NCBI GenBank assembly: GCA_913043205.1
Contig: CAJWLF010000013.1
Span: forward strand, 4,787-68,786
Direction: 5' to 3'
Length of the DNA stretch: 64,000 nt
From: an uncultured Chloroflexota bacterium
GTDB lineage: Bacteria > Chloroflexota > UBA11872 > VXNJ01
The position numbers and the translations under genes were made by a program. Of the stretch, positions 10,394-20,833 are shown piece after piece. Numbering within the stretch: position 1 is the stretch's first letter; every line of letters starts with the position of its first letter. The notes beneath the pieces were generated by a model that searched no databases, was not told the origin of the DNA, and saw only the letters and a program-made list of their open reading frames with translations.

Positions 10394-11683
10394 ATGAGTG
10401 TCATGTGTGTTGTAGGAACCCAGTGGGGGGACGAAGGCAAAGGCAAAATCGTTGACTACGTATCTTCTGAGGCCGATTTTGTTATAAGGTTTCAAGGTAG
10501 CGACAATGCGGGTCACTCTGTCATAAATCAGTATGGTGAATTCGGTCTACATCTAATACCTTCCGGTATCTTTCACACCCAAGCTACAAATCTGCTCGGC
10601 CCAGGAACAGGCATCAACGTCGAATCTTTCATGCAGGAGCTGGCTTCCCTGCGTAAATCCGCACCCGAGCTGGAAATGGAAAAGCGGATCCTAATTGCCG
10701 AAAGGGCCCACGTGATAATGCCATACCATCTATCAATCGACTCCGCCGAAGAAGAAGGTCGAGGGGAACTTGTGCAGGGAACCACACGGAGAGGCAATGG
10801 GCCCGTATATTCGGACAAAACAGCTCGCTCAGGAGTTGTGGTGGCAGATCTATTTGAGGAAGAATATTTACGACGATACTTACCACATGTGATCAGACAA
10901 AAAAACTTATATCTTGAAGCCGTATTAGGAGCTGATCCGGTAGATGCAGGAGAAATGATAGAGAGGTGTCTAGCTTGGGGGGAGCAGATCCGGCCCTATG
11001 TGGTAGATTCGTTTCCAATTATCAAGGGGGCCCTAGAACAAAATAAGAATATTGTACTCGAAGGTCAATTAGGGATAATGAGAGACTTAGACTGGGGCCA
11101 TTATCCATATGTAACCTCATCAAGCCCATCCGCAGGCGGGGCCTCAACAGGAGCAGGAATATCTCCTAATCAAATTGACAAAGTGATCGGAGTAGCAAAA
11201 GCATTTACATCGTCCGTGGGAGAGGGTCCATTCCCAACCGAGCTCAATGATGAAGTCGGAGAAAAACTAAGGATTCAAGGTCAGGAGTTTGGCGTATCCA
11301 CCGGAAGACCCAGACGAGTAGGTTGGATGGATACAGTTGCAGTTAAATTCGCATCCGCTCTTAACGGCCTGACAGGTTTGGCCCTAACAAAGATTGATCT
11401 ATTGGATTCCTTCCGCAATATTCCAATTTGCACAGCATACAAAGTCAGAGGAAAGCAAATTGACTGGGTTCCCAACACGCACCAACTTTACCGAGCCGAA
11501 CCTGTGTATGAAGAACTCCCTGGCTGGAATCAACCCACAGCCGGAATAAGCGAATGGGAAGACTTACCACCCGAGGCCCAAAATTATGTATTGCGTATCG
11601 AAGAACACATTGGAGTACCTGTACAATTTATCGGGACAGGTAGGCATCGTGACAACATAATTGCGAGAAATCACAAAATCTGA
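10394..11683 (+). CDS. purA: Adenylosuccinate synthetase
   Basis: The N-terminus is MSVMCVVGTQWGDEGKGKIVDY. Length is 429 aa. Confidence 0.95.
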   Translation: MSVMCVVGTQWGDEGKGKIVDYVSSEADFVIRFQGSDNAGHSVINQYGEFGLHLIPSGIFHTQATNLLGPGTGINVESFMQELASLRKSAPELEMEKRILIAERAHVIMPYHLSIDSAEEEGRGELVQGTTRRGNGPVYSDKTARSGVVVADLFEEEYLRRYLPHVIRQKNLYLEAVLGADPVDAGEMIERCLAWGEQIRPYVVDSFPIIKGALEQNKNIVLEGQLGIMRDLDWGHYPYVTSSSPSAGGASTGAGISPNQIDKVIGVAKAFTSSVGEGPFPTELNDEVGEKLRIQGQEFGVSTGRPRRVGWMDTVAVKFASALNGLTGLALTKIDLLDSFRNIPICTAYKVRGKQIDWVPNTHQLYRAEPVYEELPGWNQPTAGISEWEDLPPEAQNYVLRIEEHIGVPVQFIGTGRHRDNIIARNHKI

Positions 11684-11747
11684 GCATAAAACGTTGTCAG
11701 TCTGCCTCCAAAACAATCCTAAGATATTAAATTTGCATAAAACTAGC

Positions 11748-11776
11748 TTTGCTAGAACACCATAAAACAATATACT
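11748..11776 (+). promoter_or_regulatory. Candidate sigma70 promoter of the pyr operon: -35 TTTGCT/TTGCTA, 16-17 nt spacer, -10 TATACT
   Basis: The sequence is tttgctagaacaccataaaacaatatact. It lies about 10 nt upstream of the PyrR-binding loop. Confidence 0.4.
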
Positions 11777-11785
11777 CTCCATGCC

Positions 11786-11818
11786 TTTAATCCGACCCAG
11801 TGAGGCGGAAAGGATTGC
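11786..11818 (+). promoter_or_regulatory. PyrR-binding loop (anti-antiterminator) in the pyr leader RNA
   Basis: The sequence ctttaatccgacccagtgaggcggaaaggatt matches the conserved PyrR RNA motif UUUAAUCC-AGAGAGGCU-GCAAGG. The flanking stem is aatcc/ggatt. Confidence 0.7.
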
Positions 11819-11862
11819 GTGTTATCTATGGTGTGTCTTTTACTGATTAGCATTGGTTATAG

Positions 11863-11891
11863 CCCTCCCAGTGTCGGGAGGGTTTTTCTTT
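11863..11891 (+). terminator. Attenuator/terminator hairpin of the pyr leader: ccctccc-agtgtc-gggaggg followed by tttttcttt. The 3' arm carries the pyrR Shine-Dalgarno sequence.
   Basis: It is a perfect 7-bp GC-rich stem with a 6-nt loop and a T-tract ending 5 nt before the pyrR ATG at 11896. Confidence 0.7.
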
Positions 11892-11895
11892 AGTT

Positions 11896-12438
11896 ATGGT
11901 AAGAACCATTTTGGATCCAGGGGCCATGCGTCGAGCCATAGAACGTATCTCCCATGAGATACTTGAACAAAATCAAGGCTGTACAGACCTGGTGCTTGTT
12001 GGCATCCGCACTAGAGGAGTCCCTCTTGCTGAAAGAATCGCCGAAGTCATTCATCGAATAGAATCACATCGCCCGCCGGTTGGGCAACTCGACATTACTA
12101 TGTATCGAGACGATCTGTCGATGAAGATGCGCCCACCGTCTGTGAGCCCCACAGATATACCACACAGTCTTGATGGTATTAGTGTAGTAATTGTAGATGA
12201 CGTTTTGTATACAGGGCGCAGTGTTCGGGCAGCAATGGACGCATTGAATGACCACGGCCGACCTAGTACCATCCAATTGGCTGTCATGATTGACCGAGGA
12301 CATCGTGAACTGCCAATAAGGGCCGATTACGTCGGCAAAAACGTCCCTACCGGACAAGATGAGCAAGTTGCACTACAAATATCCGAGATCGACGGTGAAG
12401 ACCTAGTGTCTCTGACTCGTGCCGGTGATGAATTATGA
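11896..12438 (+). CDS. pyrR: Bifunctional pyrimidine operon regulator / uracil phosphoribosyltransferase PyrR
   Basis: The PRPP-binding motif [21 protein letters not shown] is present. Length is 180 aa. It is the first gene of the operon. Confidence 0.9.
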   Translation: MVRTILDPGAMRRAIERISHEILEQNQGCTDLVLVGIRTRGVPLAERIAEVIHRIESHRPPVGQLDITMYRDDLSMKMRPPSVSPTDIPHSLDGISVVIVDDVLYTGRSVRAAMDALNDHGRPSTIQLAVMIDRGHRELPIRADYVGKNVPTGQDEQVALQISEIDGEDLVSLTRAGDEL

Positions 12439-13397
12439 CTAGCTTCGAACAAGCAAATTTGTTGGACCTGGATACTTACAGCAACGAAGATATTTCTGCA
12501 GTACTTGAGACAGCAGAAGCTATGCTGCCAATCTTGCAGAGACCAATTGCACGAGTGCCTACCTTACGTGGGAAAACGGTAGCGATGGTTTTTTCTGAAC
12601 CAAGCACACGAACGCGAGTTTCATTCGAACTAGCAGCAAAGAGCTTGGGAGCTGATGTCATCACCATAGTTAATTCAGGTAGTAGTATCGAGAAAGGAGA
12701 GTCGATAACAGATACCGTGAAAACCGTACAATCTTTAGGGGCAAACATGCTCGTCATAAGACATCAAGCATCGGGCGTCCCTTATTTGGCTGCCAAAACT
12801 CTAGACATCCCAATAATCAACGCTGGAGATGGGTCCCATGCTCATCCTAGTCAATCCCTGTTAGACATGTTTACTATTAATTCAGAATTGGGTGAAATCA
12901 AAGGCAAGCGTGTAGTCATTGTTGGAGACATACTTCATAGCCGGGTAGCAAGATCCAATATCTGGGGTCTCACAAAAATGGGAGCCACAGTGGTTCTCAG
13001 TGGTCCTTCTCAGTTGTTACCCTCTCACCTGCAAGAAATTACAGATTTTCAAGATCGAGTTTCAACCGACTCTAATTTGGATCGGGCAATAGAAGGGGCC
13101 GACGTAATAATGGCACTTCGCATACAAAAAGAGCGTATGACGAGTATGTGTATGCCTGATATAAGAGAATATGCGCAACTATATTCAATCAACAAAAACC
13201 GCTTAGGGTTGGCAAATCCAAACGCCATATTGATGCATCCAGGACCAATAAACCGTGGCGTCGAAGTTTCTGATGAAGTGGCCTATGGAGAGCAATCCAA
13301 AATACAGTCACAAGTGATCAATGGTGTCGCAACACGTATGTCGATCATATACCTCTTGTCTGGTAATAGCAGGGAGGTTCCGATTGGCCAAAGCTAA
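12435..13397 (+). CDS. pyrB: Aspartate carbamoyltransferase catalytic subunit
   Basis: Contains the motifs STRTRVSFE and HPxQ (HPSQSLLD). It overlaps pyrR by 4 nt. Confidence 0.95.
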   Translation: MTSFEQANLLDLDTYSNEDISAVLETAEAMLPILQRPIARVPTLRGKTVAMVFSEPSTRTRVSFELAAKSLGADVITIVNSGSSIEKGESITDTVKTVQSLGANMLVIRHQASGVPYLAAKTLDIPIINAGDGSHAHPSQSLLDMFTINSELGEIKGKRVVIVGDILHSRVARSNIWGLTKMGATVVLSGPSQLLPSHLQEITDFQDRVSTDSNLDRAIEGADVIMALRIQKERMTSMCMPDIREYAQLYSINKNRLGLANPNAILMHPGPINRGVEVSDEVAYGEQSKIQSQVINGVATRMSIIYLLSGNSREVPIGQS

Positions 13398-14727
13398 GAG
13401 TATCCTAATCCAAAACGGTCGAATTATAGACCCAGCCCACGGACATGATGACATTTCCGATCTACTGGTTATTAATGGCCGAATAGAGGCCATAGGCCAT
13501 AACCTGGCAGCACCCAACGGATCTACTATCATCGATGCAAACAAATTAATTGTATGCCCCGGGCTAGTAGACCCTCACTGTCATTTGCGACAACCTGGAT
13601 TTGAATACAAAGAAACCATTCTCAGTGGATCTAGGGCAGCTGCTGCAGGAGGATTTACCACAATCTGTAGTATGGCTAACACAAAGCCAGTTGTAGATTC
13701 CCTCGAAGTACTACAAACAATATTAAAACTTGCCAAGGATGAAGCTTCTATACGAGTACTCCCATTGGCATCCATCACAATGAATATGCAGGGTAAGCAA
13801 CTAGTTCAAATGGGTGAACTGGCATCGGAAGGAGCGATAGGGTTTTCTGATGACGGAATCCCTCTGGGCGATCCACTCATTATGCGACACGCACTAGAAT
13901 ATGCATCTCAATTTGAGTTACCAATCGCCAACCATGCCGAAGACCCTAGCCTAATAGCCGGATCTTCAATGAACGAAAGTCTCGTGTCAATAAAGTTAGG
14001 GCTTGTAGGGGCACCGAGACAAGCTGAAGAAATAATGTTGGCGCGGGACTTAGCTCTCACTGAATTAACCGGAGGTAAATATTACGCTCTGCATATTAGC
14101 TCCAGAGGATCGGTACCAATCCTTCGTCAAGCACGAGAACATGATATCAACTTTTTTTCGGAAGTTACACCACACCACTTAACGCTCACCGATTCAATAG
14201 TGAATGGACGAGAAACCCCAAGCGAAGCACGCTTGGCTCCTTACGATGGGGATACAAAAGTTAACCCACCGCTGAGAGAGATCGAGGATGTACAGGCATT
14301 GAGAACGGCCCTGGCAGAGGGCATCATTGACTGTATCGGGACAGATCACGCCCCACACGCATCGCATGAGAAGGATCTGGAATATGCTAGAGCAGCACCA
14401 GGCTTTTCGTGCTTTGAAACTGCGCTAGCATCATGTCTATCCCTAGTCCACGATGGCACCATGGAAATGCCTGCCCTCCTGGAAAAGATGACTATCAATC
14501 CATCGCGTGCATATGGATTGCCATACGGCACATTAGGCATTGGCTCAACTGCAGACATCCTAGTTTTTGACCCAACAAAGGATTGGGTTGTCGATAAGAA
14601 AGCGTTCCTGTCGAAGGGTAAAAACACTCCATATCACGGTCTACCCCTAAAAGGAAAAGTGCTTTGGACCATCTTCGAAGGGGCAGTCGTCTATAACTCA
14701 TCTGATCACGAAAGTTCACACAATTGA
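13384..14727 (+). CDS. pyrC: Dihydroorotase
   Basis: Contains LVDPHCHLRQPG and GTDHAPH. The track ORF starts at 13321 inside pyrB. The more likely start is the TTG at 13384, preceded by AGGGAGG at 6 nt spacing. Confidence 0.85.
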   Translation: MAKAKSILIQNGRIIDPAHGHDDISDLLVINGRIEAIGHNLAAPNGSTIIDANKLIVCPGLVDPHCHLRQPGFEYKETILSGSRAAAAGGFTTICSMANTKPVVDSLEVLQTILKLAKDEASIRVLPLASITMNMQGKQLVQMGELASEGAIGFSDDGIPLGDPLIMRHALEYASQFELPIANHAEDPSLIAGSSMNESLVSIKLGLVGAPRQAEEIMLARDLALTELTGGKYYALHISSRGSVPILRQAREHDINFFSEVTPHHLTLTDSIVNGRETPSEARLAPYDGDTKVNPPLREIEDVQALRTALAEGIIDCIGTDHAPHASHEKDLEYARAAPGFSCFETALASCLSLVHDGTMEMPALLEKMTINPSRAYGLPYGTLGIGSTADILVFDPTKDWVVDKKAFLSKGKNTPYHGLPLKGKVLWTIFEGAVVYNSSDHESSHN

Positions 14728-15968
14728 TCCACCCTGAACCTTCGATTAAGGATGACAATCCGTTACAACCATCATTAGCCAAGACTTTGACCGTCTTGAC
14801 TCTTGAAACCGGCCAACATTTCTTTGGTTATGGATACGGAGCAAACCAAGACGCTCGTGGTGAATTAGTATTCAACACGAGCATGACGGGATACCAAGAA
14901 ATATGCACGGATGCCTCCTACCGTTCCCAAATTGTGACCCTAACTTATCCCCTAATCAACAACTATGGGACCAATCTTGAAGATGTTGAATCACGACGAC
15001 CGTGGATTTCGGGGCTAGTGGTCCGAGAACTATCTCCTAATTCGAGTAACTGGAGGCATAAGAAAAGTCTCCACAGATTTCTTTTGCAAAACAATATCCC
15101 AATCGTTGGAGGCATAGATACAAGAAAGCTTGTTCGAATATTGCGCGGCGGCGGTATACACCGGGCGTTTATCACACAAACTCCAAGTGATTTCCCTGAT
15201 CCTGGAACATTCATTTGGACTACAGGACAGGTGCAAGGGTTGGACAGATTCTTAGCTGATCAAGTAGATCGTGCCAGATCAGTTTCGCCATTGTCAGACC
15301 AAAACCTCGTAGAAGAAGTCACTAGCATGAACCCAAGTTTCTTTGAAGATTCGTATTGGGGCCCCTGGAGAGCCCCTAATAAACGCAAGGCAACGCATAG
15401 AATCGCAGTTCTAGATTGTGGGGCAAAAACGAATATCCTCAGGTCTTTAGCCATTCGAGGCTGTGAAGTAACCCTGCTCCCATATGACACTAGCCCAGAA
15501 GACATAACCAGTCTTGATCCTGCAGGAATAGTTGTAGCAAATGGACCTGGTGATCCTGAACAAGCTGATATTGCAATTAATTCGATACGGAGAATCATCG
15601 GTAAGATACCAATAATGGGTATTTGTTTGGGTCATCAATTAGTGGCGTTAGCAATTGGAGCTTCAACCAGCCGCTTAAAGTTCGGCCACCGGGGAGCCAA
15701 CCACCCAGTCAAAGATTTGTTAACCGGCCAAGTCCACATCACTTCTCAGAACCATGGCTTTCAGGTGGATGAAAAATCAATCCCAGCCTGTAATGGTTAC
15801 CGGGTCAGTCATGTAAATTTGAATGACGGGTCTGTCGAGGGTATAACTCACGATTCCCTTCCAATATTCACTATTCAGTACCATCCTGAAGCATCACCAG
15901 GCCCTCAAGATAATCAATATCTATTCGACCGGTTCCTTGATATGGTGGAGAAATTTGAAAAACAATAA
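14724..15968 (+). CDS. carA: Carbamoyl-phosphate synthase small (glutaminase) subunit
   Basis: The glutamine amidotransferase active site reads GICLGHQL with H at HPEASPGP. The TTG start overlaps the pyrC stop (TTGA). Confidence 0.9.
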   Translation: MIHPEPSIKDDNPLQPSLAKTLTVLTLETGQHFFGYGYGANQDARGELVFNTSMTGYQEICTDASYRSQIVTLTYPLINNYGTNLEDVESRRPWISGLVVRELSPNSSNWRHKKSLHRFLLQNNIPIVGGIDTRKLVRILRGGGIHRAFITQTPSDFPDPGTFIWTTGQVQGLDRFLADQVDRARSVSPLSDQNLVEEVTSMNPSFFEDSYWGPWRAPNKRKATHRIAVLDCGAKTNILRSLAIRGCEVTLLPYDTSPEDITSLDPAGIVVANGPGDPEQADIAINSIRRIIGKIPIMGICLGHQLVALAIGASTSRLKFGHRGANHPVKDLLTGQVHITSQNHGFQVDEKSIPACNGYRVSHVNLNDGSVEGITHDSLPIFTIQYHPEASPGPQDNQYLFDRFLDMVEKFEKQ

Positions 15969-18900
15969 TCTGAAAAAGGTATTAATTCTAGGATCAGGCC
16001 CGATAGTTATAGGGCAGGCAGCAGAATTCGACTATGCCGGCACCCAAGCATGCAAAGCGATGCGAGAAGAAGGAGTCCAATCGGTACTGATTAATTCGAA
16101 CCCCGCAACAATCATGACTGACGAGGACATTGCAGACCGGGTGTATATTGAACCTCTAACCTGCGAGGTTCTCGAACGCGTATTAACCATAGAAAAACCA
16201 GACGGCATCTTGCCTACCATGGGAGGACAAACAGGACTCAATCTAGCAAAACAGGCAGCTGATTTAGGAATATTAGCTAGACATGGGGTTCAAGTATTGG
16301 GCACTCCCATACAGGCTATTGAGCAAGCTGAAGACCGTGATAAATTCCGAAAATTGATGTTAGAGATCGGAGAACCTATCCCCGGCAGCTCTATAGCAGA
16401 ATCTCTGCCAGAAGCTTGGGAAGCCGCGTCTGAAATAGGATTCCCATTGATCATCCGGCCGGCCTACACTTTGGGAGGAACGGGCGGCGGAATTGCCTTA
16501 AATGCTGACACTTTTGAGGACATAGTTGTCAATGGACTGGAAAATAGCCCTATTAGACAAGTCCTAGTTGAGGAATATCTATCCGGCTGGAAAGAGATCG
16601 AATATGAAGTTATGCGGGATGGTGCTGACAATTGCATCACAGTATGCAACATGGAAAATTTCGACCCGATGGGAGTGCACACCGGAGACTCTATAGTATT
16701 TGCTCCCAGTCAGACGTTGAGCGACAAGGAATATCAGGCATTACGATCGGCTTCTATCAACATAATCAGATCGTTAAAGATTGAGGGAGGATGTAATGTT
16801 CAACTAGGATTAGACCCACACTCCTTTGATTACAGAGTAATAGAGGTTAATCCTCGAGTAAGTAGGTCCTCAGCATTAGCATCGAAGGCCACAGGCTACC
16901 CCATAGCTCGAATCGCCGCGAAAATTGCTGTTGGATTAAATCTTGATGAGATATCCAACCCGATAACTCGTGAAACAACTGCCGCTTTTGAACCTGCCCT
17001 TGACTACGTCGTGTCAAAGATACCAAGGTGGCCCTTTGACAAATTTCCTACAGGAGATCGCTCTTTAGGAACTCAAATGAAGGCTACAGGAGAGGTAATG
17101 GCTATAGAAAGGACAATAGAGGCCTCCCTAAATAAAGCTGTTCGTTCACTGGAAGTAGGTGGAAAAACTCTCCTTTGGGAAGATCCATCCTGGTCTTCAG
17201 AAGACGAACTGAATCGAGTTATAACCACCCCTAACGATCAAAGGCTATGGGCACTTATGGCCGCCCTTCGACGAGGTAGATCAGTTGAATCTATTGCGGC
17301 CAATACAGGCATAGACCCTTTCTTCATCACTAAACTAGCAAATATTCATAGCATGGAACTAAGACTCCTTAGTAATCCTCTTGATGCAGACCTCCTTTGG
17401 GAAGCCAAACAATTGGGATTCTCTGATGAAATGATAGGCAACCTGGTAGATTTGTTGCCCTTACGCGTCAGAGAGCTGCGTCACTCGCTCGGAATTCGGC
17501 CCGTGTATAAACTTGTTGATACTTGTGCTGCCGAGTTTGAAGCGTACACACCCTATTACTACAGCACGTATGAACATGAAAATGAAGCTGAGCCATTTGG
17601 GGCAAATTCTGCGGTAGTCATCGGATCAGGACCTATACGAATCGGACAAGGAATAGAATTCGACTACTGCAGTGTCCATTCAGCCTGGGCACTGCAAAGT
17701 CGAGGCAGACGCAGCGTGATGATCAACAGCAACCCCGAAACAGTTAGCACAGATTTTGACACAAGTGACCGGCTATATTTCGAAGCTCTAGACGAAGAAA
17801 GTGTCGCCGACGTTATCGAGAATGAATCCAACGGCACTTATCCATCAGCAGTGGTTCAATTCGGCGGCCAGACTGCAGTAAATCTAGCTGCTCCTTTATA
17901 CAATCTAGGGATTCCGATAGCTGGTAGCAAAGTATCTTCCATAGATGCCACCGAAGATCGTGAGAAATTCGACGAGCTACTGGAACAGCTCGGTATTCCC
18001 AGGCCTCCCGGAGCTACTGTTAGAAACATAGAGGATGCTCTTCAAGTAGCAGACAACTTGGGTTATCCAGTCTTAGCAAGACCATCTTACGTGTTAGGCG
18101 GAAGGGCTATGGAGATAGCTTCCGACAGATCAAGTTTAGAGAGATATATAAATGAAGTAACACAACCATCTCCTGAGCACCCAGTGTTGATAGATAAATA
18201 TCTTGAGGGCATGGAGGTAGAGGTCGACGCAATATGTGATGGCGAACATACACTGATACCCGGAATCATGGAACATGTGGAGAGAGCTGGGGTACATTCC
18301 GGAGACAGCTTTGCTGTATATCCACCGCTAAATCTTTCGGACCATTCCATCACAACTCTGACTGAATATTCCCAGAGAATTTGTCAGGCACTAAACGTAC
18401 GGGGACTAGTCAACATACAGTACGTAGTCTGGGATGAAGACGTATATGTCATAGAGGTTAACCCAAGGGCCAGTCGGACAGTGCCATTCTTGAGTAAAGT
18501 TACCGGAGTACCAATGGTGCGACTCGCTACAGAAATTATGTTAGGAATGAAACTGAGTGAGTTGGGATACAGTGGTGGATTGCATCCAAACACGCCATTG
18601 GTAGCAGTCAAAGCGCCTGTGTTTTCAATGGCAAAATTATCCGGCGTAGACACTTTTTTAGGTCCAGAAATGAAATCTACAGGAGAAGTCATGGGAATTG
18701 ATCACTCATATGGCCCGGCGCTTTATAAAGCTGTTGTTTCGTCCGGACTTGAGATACCTGATTCTGGGACAGTACTAATGTCGATAGCAGACCGGGACAA
18801 GTTGGAATCCTTACCCATTGCACAATTACTGTATGAAAATGGCTATTCGATAATGGCTACTGAAGGCACTGCAAAATTCTTACTAAAACATGGTTTAGAG

Positions 18901-19182
18901 GTGGAAATGGTTAGCAGATTGCGTCAATCAGTATCAGGATCTCCAACAATAATTGAAAGGATACGAGACCCCTCTACAGTTCTTATTATCAATACATTAA
19001 CTCGAGATCGCTCAACGCTGCAGGACGGATTTCACATGCGGAGAGCAGCTGCAGAAAGTCAAGTGCCATGCCTAACCTCACTTGATACCGCTGCATCACT
19101 AACAAAATCCATAGTGGCCGGCAGAGACGGGTACAACGTCAAAACGATAGACAGTTATCGTACAGGAATCCCGACAAAATGA
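15937..19182 (+). CDS. carB: Carbamoyl-phosphate synthase large subunit
   Basis: Contains [22 protein letters not shown] and a duplicated ATP-grasp architecture. Length is 1081 aa. The start is TTG at 15937 or 15955, overlapping the carA end. Confidence 0.95.
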   Translation: MIWWRNLKNNNLKKVLILGSGPIVIGQAAEFDYAGTQACKAMREEGVQSVLINSNPATIMTDEDIADRVYIEPLTCEVLERVLTIEKPDGILPTMGGQTGLNLAKQAADLGILARHGVQVLGTPIQAIEQAEDRDKFRKLMLEIGEPIPGSSIAESLPEAWEAASEIGFPLIIRPAYTLGGTGGGIALNADTFEDIVVNGLENSPIRQVLVEEYLSGWKEIEYEVMRDGADNCITVCNMENFDPMGVHTGDSIVFAPSQTLSDKEYQALRSASINIIRSLKIEGGCNVQLGLDPHSFDYRVIEVNPRVSRSSALASKATGYPIARIAAKIAVGLNLDEISNPITRETTAAFEPALDYVVSKIPRWPFDKFPTGDRSLGTQMKATGEVMAIERTIEASLNKAVRSLEVGGKTLLWEDPSWSSEDELNRVITTPNDQRLWALMAALRRGRSVESIAANTGIDPFFITKLANIHSMELRLLSNPLDADLLWEAKQLGFSDEMIGNLVDLLPLRVRELRHSLGIRPVYKLVDTCAAEFEAYTPYYYSTYEHENEAEPFGANSAVVIGSGPIRIGQGIEFDYCSVHSAWALQSRGRRSVMINSNPETVSTDFDTSDRLYFEALDEESVADVIENESNGTYPSAVVQFGGQTAVNLAAPLYNLGIPIAGSKVSSIDATEDREKFDELLEQLGIPRPPGATVRNIEDALQVADNLGYPVLARPSYVLGGRAMEIASDRSSLERYINEVTQPSPEHPVLIDKYLEGMEVEVDAICDGEHTLIPGIMEHVERAGVHSGDSFAVYPPLNLSDHSITTLTEYSQRICQALNVRGLVNIQYVVWDEDVYVIEVNPRASRTVPFLSKVTGVPMVRLATEIMLGMKLSELGYSGGLHPNTPLVAVKAPVFSMAKLSGVDTFLGPEMKSTGEVMGIDHSYGPALYKAVVSSGLEIPDSGTVLMSIADRDKLESLPIAQLLYENGYSIMATEGTAKFLLKHGLEVEMVSRLRQSVSGSPTIIERIRDPSTVLIINTLTRDRSTLQDGFHMRRAAAESQVPCLTSLDTAASLTKSIVAGRDGYNVKTIDSYRTGIPTK

Positions 19183-19985
19183 ATCCTGCCTCTCAATACG
19201 TTGAAGTGATAAGTAACACAAAACTGTCAAATCAGTTGTGGTGGATCGACTTCCACTCAGAATCGATCAGCAATAATGCCCAACCCGGCCAATTTGTACA
19301 TATGCTGAATTCTGAAGGTGATGATCCTCTATTACGCAGACCATACAGTTTGTCTTCAATCGATCCAGATAGAGAGTCGGCTTCAATCCTCTATCACGTG
19401 GTAGGCAGAGGATCGGAGTGGCTATCAAATTGCTCACCGGGCGACAAAATTGACACTATAGGTCCTTTGGGTTCCCCTTTCACAGTATTGTCAGATACGC
19501 GCCACCTACTCATGCTGGGAGGTGGTATCGGAATGGGACCACTAATTGCTTTAGCGAATCAATATGCAAGTGAACATACAAAGACAATTATTCTCAACGG
19601 AGCTCGATCATTACACGGCATCACCCCAAGAAAATTCATACCTAAACAAAGTAATTTACTTACAGCTACAGACGATGGATCCTTGGGCCACCAAGGAACG
19701 GTCGTCGACCTTCTGGCAGACAATTATCATTGGGCCGACCAGATATTTGCATGCGGACCTACACCAATGCTGCGAGCAATAGACCATAAAATTAATCACA
19801 TTGACCATACACCCTCGGACAAACGCAAGTCTGTCCAGTTTGCTTTAGAAGCCCGAATGGCTTGTGGTATTGGAATATGCTATAGCTGTGTAGTAGCTAC
19901 AAAATCTGGCCCGAAACGTGTATGTTACGAAGGACCGGTATTTCCGATGACTAATCTAACTTGGGACTGGCAAACTGGAATCTAA
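19179..19985 (+). CDS. pyrK: Dihydroorotate dehydrogenase electron-transfer subunit (FAD/NAD-binding, 2Fe-2S)
   Basis: Contains RPYSLSS and the C-terminal cluster [11 protein letters not shown]. It overlaps carB by 4 nt. Confidence 0.85.
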   Translation: MNPASQYVEVISNTKLSNQLWWIDFHSESISNNAQPGQFVHMLNSEGDDPLLRRPYSLSSIDPDRESASILYHVVGRGSEWLSNCSPGDKIDTIGPLGSPFTVLSDTRHLLMLGGGIGMGPLIALANQYASEHTKTIILNGARSLHGITPRKFIPKQSNLLTATDDGSLGHQGTVVDLLADNYHWADQIFACGPTPMLRAIDHKINHIDHTPSDKRKSVQFALEARMACGIGICYSCVVATKSGPKRVCYEGPVFPMTNLTWDWQTGI

Positions 19986-20048
19986 ACTTTGAATTCGGTA
20001 TGAATGCACTTCATCCCTGTCCTACATTCAAAGCACATAGCTTTCAGA

Positions 20049-20684
20049 CTAATCGTCTGGCTGAGAAACAATGCGGAGGTATGGTTTGGGAGATTCCCAA
20101 CCATTCGGAAATTTAGATTTTGCCTCATCATCGCTTACTGTCGGAGATATGATGACATGTTGACCGTTAATCCAGTCTGCTGGTGTCGCTACCTGATGAT
20201 TTGCAGTCAACTGGAGTGAATCCAGAACTCGCAATATCTCATCAAAGTTTCTACCAGTGCTAGCAGGATAAGTTAGGCTCAATTTAACTGTCTTGTCAGG
20301 ACCAATAACAAAGACCGACCGCACGGTAAGCGTATTGTCAGCGTTGGGATGAATCATCCCATAAGTAGCCGCAATGTGCCGATCAGGGTCTGCTATCAAG
20401 GGGAAATTCAAGGCCGTACCCTGAGTCTCCTCAATATCTGATGACCATTCAATATGATCCTCCAATCCATCTACACTCAAACCAAGCACTTTCACATCAC
20501 GTCGATCAAACTCACTCTTCAAGGCAGAAACTCGCCCGAGCTCCGTGGTACACACAGGAGTAAAATCAGCCGGGTGACTGAAAAGTAATCCCCAAGAATC
20601 ACCGAGGTAATTATGTAGAGAAATCTCACCGTCAGTAGATTCTGCAGTGAAATCTGGAGCAATATCACCTAGCTGTAGCGTCAT
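20049..20684 (-). CDS. 1-Cys peroxiredoxin (Prx6 subfamily)
   Basis: The peroxidatic cysteine context is HPADFTPVCTTELG. Confidence 0.9.
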   Translation of the reverse strand: MTLQLGDIAPDFTAESTDGEISLHNYLGDSWGLLFSHPADFTPVCTTELGRVSALKSEFDRRDVKVLGLSVDGLEDHIEWSSDIEETQGTALNFPLIADPDRHIAATYGMIHPNADNTLTVRSVFVIGPDKTVKLSLTYPASTGRNFDEILRVLDSLQLTANHQVATPADWINGQHVIISPTVSDDEAKSKFPNGWESPKPYLRIVSQPDD

Positions 20685-20833
20685 TAGACCATTCCTATAA
20701 TTCTATCGTTAAATACTCAATAATGCTTCAACACGCGACGATAGCGTAGCACATATTATCTACTAATTATAGGACTTTAGTTATTAATTAACCGTGCCAG
20801 CAAAGTGGATAAATCAGAATGAAATCACGCCAA

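Noticed and set aside
19987-20033. Inverted repeat CTTTGAAT...ATTCAAAG between convergent pyrK and the peroxiredoxin as a bidirectional terminator
   Set aside because: The loop is 31 nt and the stem is AT-rich, with no T-tract. It is too weak to call.
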